Below are positions 26,832-32,000 of a DNA stretch of 32,000 nt, piece by piece. Below the pieces are notes generated by a model. That model had not been told where the DNA came from. It saw only the letters and a program-made list of their open reading frames with translations, and did not search any database. This stretch comes from Puniceicoccales bacterium (lineage in GTDB: Bacteria > Verrucomicrobiota > Verrucomicrobiia > Opitutales > JAIRLG01), in contig JAITRB010000005.1 in the NCBI GenBank assembly GCA_031288595.1, positions 13,373-45,372 on the forward strand. Direction: 5' to 3'. A program made the position numbers and the translations under genes. The first letter of the stretch is position 1; every line of letters starts with the position of its first letter.

Positions 26832-28055
26832 TCACGAGGGATCGCTCTTCTCCAGACCCAGTTTCTGGCTCAGAATGGCCGTGGCCTTCGTGGTATCAGA
26901 GGCATGGACGAAGAGCGCCAAATGGATGTCATTGGCCGTAATTTTGACGATGGAGATCTGCGATGCGTTCAGCTCCCGCGACCATTCCATGAGCAGGAGG
27001 GCGCGATTCTCCTTGACCAGGGCACCGATCAGCGAAATCCGGCTCAGGTAACCCTCCATGCAGAGCTCCCCGCCGCTCTGCGCAATGACCTTCTTCAGCC
27101 GGAGCAGATGCTCCTCCTTTCCTGTTTCAAAGGTGACGCAGATTTCCTCGTGCCCATTGGCCAGAGCGCGTTCCGAAAACCAGTCGACGCAGGTGCCGCA
27201 GGCATTGAGCTGATGGATTTCTCCGTAAACTTCCGGCAGCGAGCTTGGGGCAAGGCTGAAGCGCAGGTGGCGCAGATTGGATTTGACGGAGAGATGAATC
27301 GTCTCCCAGTCTGAGATGGGTGGCGAAGAGATGAGTGTCCCCTCATTGTCCGCAGCGGCGAAGCTTGAGCGGACGTGGAAGGAGACGTTTTTCTCCTTGG
27401 CGAGAGCCACCGAGCGCGAGTGCATGACCTTACCGCCGTTCTGGGACACGGCCAGCATGGTATCGAAGGATATTTGCTGGAGACATTCCTTCAGAGGTGT
27501 ACGGCGTGGGTCGGCGGCGTAGACCCCATCGACATCGGTGAAGATTTCACAGCGGTCGGCATGGAAGCAGGCCGCCAAAGCGATGGCCGTCAGGTCAGAC
27601 CCCCCGCGGCCGAAGGTGGTGATGTCGCCCTCTGGGGAAATTCCCTGGCAACCGGAGACCAGGACAACTTTTCCCTCTTTCAGGTGTCGGTGGATGCGGT
27701 CCGGCTGGATGTCCTGAATCGTCGCATGCCGATGGAGTTTGTCCGTCCATATGCCGGCCTGTTCGCCGCTCAGAGATATGGCCGCTACCCCCAATGCCTG
27801 AAGAGCCAGGGTCACGAGGCAGCAGCAGGCCTGTTCACCGGTGGCCAGAAGAGCATCGACTTCCCGGGCGCTGGGCGAAGCACTGCAGGCCTCCGCATCC
27901 CGAATCAACTGGTCGGTGACGCCGCCCTGGGCCGAGATGACGACGATGAGGGGATGCCCCTGATGGTGCGTGTCGCGAATGCGTTCGGCAACCTGCTGGA
28001 TACGATCGAAATCCTGCAGCGAAGTACCGCCGTATTTCTGGACGATGAGAGGCAT
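26832..28055 (-). CDS. lysC: Aspartate kinase
   Basis: The ORF track starts at TTG 28064. ATG 28055 gives [13 protein letters not shown], the typical aspartokinase N-terminus. The C-terminal region looks like tandem ACT domains. Confidence 0.9.
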   Translation of the reverse strand: MPLIVQKYGGTSLQDFDRIQQVAERIRDTHHQGHPLIVVISAQGGVTDQLIRDAEACSASPSAREVDALLATGEQACCCLVTLALQALGVAAISLSGEQAGIWTDKLHRHATIQDIQPDRIHRHLKEGKVVLVSGCQGISPEGDITTFGRGGSDLTAIALAACFHADRCEIFTDVDGVYAADPRRTPLKECLQQISFDTMLAVSQNGGKVMHSRSVALAKEKNVSFHVRSSFAAADNEGTLISSPPISDWETIHLSVKSNLRHLRFSLAPSSLPEVYGEIHQLNACGTCVDWFSERALANGHEEICVTFETGKEEHLLRLKKVIAQSGGELCMEGYLSRISLIGALVKENRALLLMEWSRELNASQISIVKITANDIHLALFVHASDTTKATAILSQKLGLEKSDPS

Positions 28056-28071
28056 GGGGCGCAATCGATTC

Positions 28072-28674
28072 CTAAACCCCGGTGAAGCGCGCTTCGCTGC
28101 CCTGGATTAACTTCCGGATATTGGTTCGGTGCCGGAGGAAGAGAAAAGCCATGAGGACCCAGGAGACGAGGAGCGTTTCTCGGGGATAGGAAAAGAGGTA
28201 GGCGCTGAGCGGCAGACTCAGGGCAAAGCAGAGGGAAGCGAGGGAGACAAAGCGCGAGGCGCGAAAAACGACGGCCCAGATCAGTCCCCCGACGAACAGT
28301 GCACCTGGCATGAGGGCAGCCAATCCCCCCATCGTCGTGGCGATTCCCTTTCCACCGCGAAACTTGAGAAAGATGGAGCAGCAGTGGCCGAGAATGCTCC
28401 CGATAAAGGCCGTATAGGCCAGGCGTAGGCTTATGATGTGCAGGGGATTGAGACAGATGGGGAGGTAGCTCACGGTGAAGCCCTTGAGAAAATCCAACAG
28501 AAAGACCAGATTCCCCGCCATTTTCCCGACGCAGCGCTTGACATTGGTGGCCCCGGGATTACCGCTGCCCGCATGCAGAATGTTGACGCCGTAGAGCCTG
28601 GAGATCAGAACGGCAAAGGAGATGGAGCCCACCAGATAGGCCAGGATAAAGACGAGGCAATATTGAACGAGCAT
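28072..28674 (-). CDS. plsY: Glycerol-3-phosphate acyltransferase PlsY
   Basis: 200 aa and polytopic, with [14 protein letters not shown] and [12 protein letters not shown]. Confidence 0.9.
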   Translation of the reverse strand: MLVQYCLVFILAYLVGSISFAVLISRLYGVNILHAGSGNPGATNVKRCVGKMAGNLVFLLDFLKGFTVSYLPICLNPLHIISLRLAYTAFIGSILGHCCSIFLKFRGGKGIATTMGGLAALMPGALFVGGLIWAVVFRASRFVSLASLCFALSLPLSAYLFSYPRETLLVSWVLMAFLFLRHRTNIRKLIQGSEARFTGV

Positions 28675-28785
28675 ACCGTTGCTGCCTGAGATAATAATGA
28701 CTACAGTTCTCCAATGAAGTCAAATGTGATCTTGTCCTGAGCCTTTTTTCTTGTGAGCTCCCTTTGCGGAAATTCCTGAGAGCAG

Positions 28786-28825
28786 GGCAGGGAGAGTCTA
28801 TCCTTGGCAGGGATAGCCTATCCTT
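28786..28825. promoter_or_regulatory. Tandem 20-nt direct repeat containing a 13-bp palindrome; candidate operator in the plsY/pssA divergent region
   Basis: GGCAGGGAGAGTCTATCCTT (28786-28805) is followed immediately by GGCAGGGATAGCCTATCCTT (28806-28825), 17/20 identical. The second unit contains GGATAG-C-CTATCC (28811-28823). Confidence 0.4.
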
Positions 28826-28904
28826 AAAACTTGCCTCGTAAGCGGAGAAGCTTTTATTCCTCTGCTGTCTATTTATCCCCGAAGGAGGAGGATTCGAATT
28901 TTTT

Positions 28905-29708
28905 ATGAGACAGGGTGAAGGGATAGCTGATGCGAGCCGCATATACCTATTGCCGAGTTTCTTCACGGCGGCGAACCTGTTCTTCGGCTTTCTGGCGATG
29001 ATCCGCTGCATTCAGGCCAAGTACGTCGCGCTTGCCTCTTCGGCCCTATCCCACGACTACTACATCCAGGCCGTTTGGTGCGTCCTGCTGGCTGCCTTTT
29101 GCGATGCTCTGGATGGCCGCCTCGCGCGGCTCGGGAAGAAGGAATCCCTCTTCGGTCGGGAGTTCGATTCCATCGCCGATATGGTCTCCTTCGGCGTAGC
29201 CCCGTCCCTCATGGTCTTCTTTCTCGTACTGTCCCCGACGGAGGGCTATCCCTTTTTTCGAGAGGTCGGCTGGCTGATCGGCTTCATCTATCTCCTTTGC
29301 GGTGGCGTGCGTCTTGCCCGATTCAATGTCATCACCCATCCTGCCCTGCTGCAGGAAGAGAGGGGACATGGCTCGGATTTTCTGGGCCTGCCGATTCCTG
29401 CCGCCGCCGGAGTGATTGTCTCTCTAGTTCTGGTGCTGAACAGCTATGACCTCAATCACTGGTCACTCTTGCTCCCCCCTTTGATGTTGGGCATCGCCTA
29501 CCTGATGGTGAGCAATGTGCCCTTTCCCTCCTTCAAGAAAATCGACTGGAATACGCGCACCAGGCTGCAGACCTTCGTCGTTCTTTTCTCCGTGTTCCTC
29601 ACAATTTTTCTGTGCCGAGAGTTCAGTCTGGCCTTCATTTTTTTTATCTACGTCGGTTTCGGCACGCTGCGCCACCTCCTACGCCTCCGGCGCCGGAGAA
29701 GGTGGTAG
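28905..29708 (+). CDS. pssA: CDP-diacylglycerol--serine O-phosphatidyltransferase
   Basis: 267 aa. CDP-alcohol phosphatidyltransferase motif DALDGRLARLGKKESLFGREFDSIAD. SD-like GAAGGAGGAGG upstream. Confidence 0.85.
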   Translation: MRQGEGIADASRIYLLPSFFTAANLFFGFLAMIRCIQAKYVALASSALSHDYYIQAVWCVLLAAFCDALDGRLARLGKKESLFGREFDSIADMVSFGVAPSLMVFFLVLSPTEGYPFFREVGWLIGFIYLLCGGVRLARFNVITHPALLQEERGHGSDFLGLPIPAAAGVIVSLVLVLNSYDLNHWSLLLPPLMLGIAYLMVSNVPFPSFKKIDWNTRTRLQTFVVLFSVFLTIFLCREFSLAFIFFIYVGFGTLRHLLRLRRRRRW

Positions 29709-29711
29709 TCT

Positions 29712-30431
29712 ATGAGAAATAAATCGGCCAAGTCCTTGCTCGATTTGTTTTGGAACATTTTTCTTCCGGCGATTCTGATGACTTGGCTGGATGAGTGGAC
29801 CGGATGCAGTCCTATCTGTGCACTGGGCGTTGCCCTGATGTTGCCGCTGGGCTTAGGACTGAAGGAATTTTTTGAGAGAAGGCGCTGCAATCTCATCTCG
29901 GCCATCGGCCTGCTGGACGTGCTCCTGACGGGTGGCATCGGATTCCTGCAATTGCCCAAGGACTGGATCGCCGTCAAAGAGTCCTTCGTACCCGCCATTT
30001 TGGGCCTGCTCGTCCTGTTGACGCTCAAAACCTCTCGGCCGTTTTTTCAGATTATCATGGAGCAACACTTCATCTTCAACGAAAGGATCATCGAACAGGC
30101 CTCGAGCGACGAGAGCTCGAAAGTCTCTTGGGATCGCCTCATGCGCCGGGGGACTTGGCTGTTATTTTTGCCGTTTCTGCTGAGTGCTATCCTGAACTTC
30201 ATTCTGGCCCGCTATTTCATCTGCAGCGAGACGGGAACAGCGGCGTTCAACAAGGAAATGGGCCGATTCCTCGTCTTGGGGCATACCTTCATCATTCTGC
30301 CCTGTTTCCTGATGCTACTTATGACCTTTATCCACGTGGCAAAGGAAATCTGCCGCATCACGGGTTCTTCCTTATCCGATCTTTTCGATGACGGCGATTC
30401 ACCCAGAGCAGCCCCGGAAGAGGGAAAATAG
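29712..30431 (+). CDS. Inner-membrane protein, VC0807-like family (from memory of the family pattern)
   Basis: 239 aa. LLDLFWNIFLPAILM ... ISAIGLLDVLLTGGIGFLQLPKDWIAVKESFVPAILGLLVLL resembles the VC0807/septation-protein-like family. It starts 4 nt after the pssA stop. Confidence 0.5.
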   Translation: MRNKSAKSLLDLFWNIFLPAILMTWLDEWTGCSPICALGVALMLPLGLGLKEFFERRRCNLISAIGLLDVLLTGGIGFLQLPKDWIAVKESFVPAILGLLVLLTLKTSRPFFQIIMEQHFIFNERIIEQASSDESSKVSWDRLMRRGTWLLFLPFLLSAILNFILARYFICSETGTAAFNKEMGRFLVLGHTFIILPCFLMLLMTFIHVAKEICRITGSSLSDLFDDGDSPRAAPEEGK

Positions 30432-30505
30432 AGAGCAATTTTTGCCGAACTCTAGCTCCGAGGGCATTGGGAAAAGAAGCAGCTCGGGGGCCACTGAGAC
30501 GGGAG

Positions 30506-31483
30506 CTAGATTTTGGGAATTTCGACGAGAAGCTGGGATTCCAGACCCGGGAAGCGTTCGGAAAAGCTGGCATTGGGAGGGGTGTTTTGCAGCAGGTGCT
30601 TCACCATGCCCATTTTAGCATCCAAATTGTCGACGAGCGAGACGAAAACGGCCTCTGGTGTGGCCGGCCGTACAGCCGCTCCCCATTCGGGCTCACCCTG
30701 ATGGCTGATGACCATGTGCTCCAGGCGCTCGGTTAATTCCGGATCGAGCTTGTTCTTCAACGCGGCCTTCCGCACCAGGCGGTAGCCGAGAATGATGTGC
30801 CCCTGCAGCGTACCTAATTTCGTCCGCTCGGGGACACTGTCATTCGTGTATTCCAAGACTTTCCCCACATCGTGGGCGAGCATGCCGGCGATGGCGAGGT
30901 CGGCCTGGATTTCGGGATAGAGCGGCAGCAGGGCGATGCCGGCCCGAACCACGTGCACCGTGTGCTCCAGCAAGCCGCAGGGATAGGCATGGTGCATGGA
31001 GCGTGCCGCCGGACTGATCATCCAGCCCTCGCCCAGTTCCTGAAAAACGCTGCGAATCGTCTCCCTCAGAGATTCGTGCTGGATATTTTCCACCTGGCGC
31101 CAGAATTCCTCGGCGAGGGCCTCTTTGGCCTCTTCCGGCCCCTCGGTGAGCAGAGCACGCCAATTGCCCTCGACAATTTCCGCTTCGGAAAGCGGCTTGA
31201 CCGAGACCAGATCCGGATTGAAATTACCCTGGTAGTAACGGTTCATGCCCTCTACCTGCAAGATCTCGCCGGCTTTGCTGGTCTTGAAAAAAGTGAAGCT
31301 CGAGTGGCTCTCGAAGCAGGTGCAGCCGAAGGAACCGCTCTTGTCCCCCAGTTCTATTTTGAGGTATTCGCTGCCGTTCCGCGCATGGCGCGTCTCGACC
31401 TTTCTCAGCAGGAGCACTGAGGTAAATCGGACTTCCTTGTCCCCACCGATGGCCTTCAGCTCCCGCGTGCCCCAGAAATGCAT
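30506..31483 (-). CDS. YhaM-like 3'-5' exoribonuclease (OB-fold plus HD domain)
   Basis: 325 aa. N-terminal OB-like region (LLLRKVETRHARNGSEYLKIELGD). HD-domain motifs HHAYPCGLLEHTVHV and LAHDVGK. Confidence 0.7.
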   Translation of the reverse strand: MHFWGTRELKAIGGDKEVRFTSVLLLRKVETRHARNGSEYLKIELGDKSGSFGCTCFESHSSFTFFKTSKAGEILQVEGMNRYYQGNFNPDLVSVKPLSEAEIVEGNWRALLTEGPEEAKEALAEEFWRQVENIQHESLRETIRSVFQELGEGWMISPAARSMHHAYPCGLLEHTVHVVRAGIALLPLYPEIQADLAIAGMLAHDVGKVLEYTNDSVPERTKLGTLQGHIILGYRLVRKAALKNKLDPELTERLEHMVISHQGEPEWGAAVRPATPEAVFVSLVDNLDAKMGMVKHLLQNTPPNASFSERFPGLESQLLVEIPKI

Positions 31484-31559
31484 GCTGGACAGTGAAGTGG
31501 ATTTTTTTCGGAGAAAAGGTTTTTATGAGGGGATTTCGGCAAAACGGTCTCTTGCAGAC

Positions 31560-32000
31560 TCAGTTCTCGATCCGCAGGGCCTGTGCCGGAGCGATTTTCG
31601 AGCCTCTCCAGGCAGGAATGAGCCCGGCAAAGAGGCAGATGGCATTGGCGAAGAGGAAGATGGAAAGGATGTCGCCGCCTTCGTAGCGCACGGGCAGATG
31701 GGGATAGCGGTTCAGCAAGCCCAGACCAGAACATCCGGATAGACAGAAGTTGAGCGTGGATAGGATGGAATCTCGAAATTCCAGCACCAGCCGTCCAATG
31801 GCGAATCCGCCGACATTGCCCAATAATCCGACCAAGAGTCCCTGGAAGCAGAAGCACAGGGCGATTTCGTTCGGCGTAGCCCCAAGGGCCTGCAGTAGCC
31901 CGATTTCCCTCGTTTTTCTGATGATGTTGAAGCTCAGCGCGCAGGAGAAGGAGAAGGCGGCCATGAGCAAGACGAAGAGGAGAACGAAGAACATCATGGT
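31560..32000 (-). CDS. FtsX-like ABC transporter permease (LolC/E family), C-terminal part; N-terminus lies beyond the window
   Basis: IRKTREIGLLQALGATPNEIALCF followed by hydrophobic helices, ending ..IPAWRGSKIAPAQALRIEN. The ORF is still open at position 32000. Confidence 0.7.
   Translation of the reverse strand, partial: TMMFFVLLFVLLMAAFSFSCALSFNIIRKTREIGLLQALGATPNEIALCFCFQGLLVGLLGNVGGFAIGRLVLEFRDSILSTLNFCLSGCSGLGLLNRYPHLPVRYEGGDILSIFLFANAICLFAGLIPAWRGSKIAPAQALRIEN

Noticed and set aside
30443-30514. 9-bp inverted repeat TCTAGCTCC..GGAGCTAGA between the convergent VC0807-like and YhaM-like genes, considered as a tenth repeat copy.
   Set aside because: The interior does not resolve into the three-hairpin pattern and shares no arm sequences with the family. 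It may simply be a terminator-like structure.

Overview
A 32-kb, moderately GC-rich chromosomal segment carrying about 33 mostly housekeeping genes on both strands. Gene content: a partial tRNA-Val; envelope and lipid genes (GT9 heptosyltransferase, lpxB, uppS-cdsA, plsY, pssA); DNA repair genes (family-4 UDG, mutY); an overlapped folate operon (frameshifted folE, folP, folB, fused folK/folA); and a galE-like gene, glgB, ychF, rsmI, mgtE, lysC, an M20 peptidase, a YhaM-like nuclease and a LolC/E-like permease fragment at the right edge. Gene content and a prepilin-type pseudopilin hint at a PVC/Verrucomicrobia-like Gram-negative, but that is a guess. I saw no rRNA, CRISPR array, transposase, integrase, prophage or recognisable defence system. 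The main finding is a family of nine 90-108 nt intergenic palindromic elements. On paper each folds into the same cloverleaf-like four-way junction: a 12-15 bp closing helix around three hairpins. Every helix shows compensatory sequence swaps between copies. The elements sit only at gene 3' ends, and two of them supply the C-terminal codons of ORFs. Other items worth a second look: a type-III-chaperone-like gene coupled to an effector-like gene; a frameshifted folE; an HPPK-DHFR fusion; a GalE homologue lacking the YxxxK catalytic pair; two long unexplained non-coding gaps (510 and 848 bp); and a tandem 20-mer with a palindrome in the plsY/pssA divergent promoter region. All calls come from reading the sequence and from motif memory; no searches were run.
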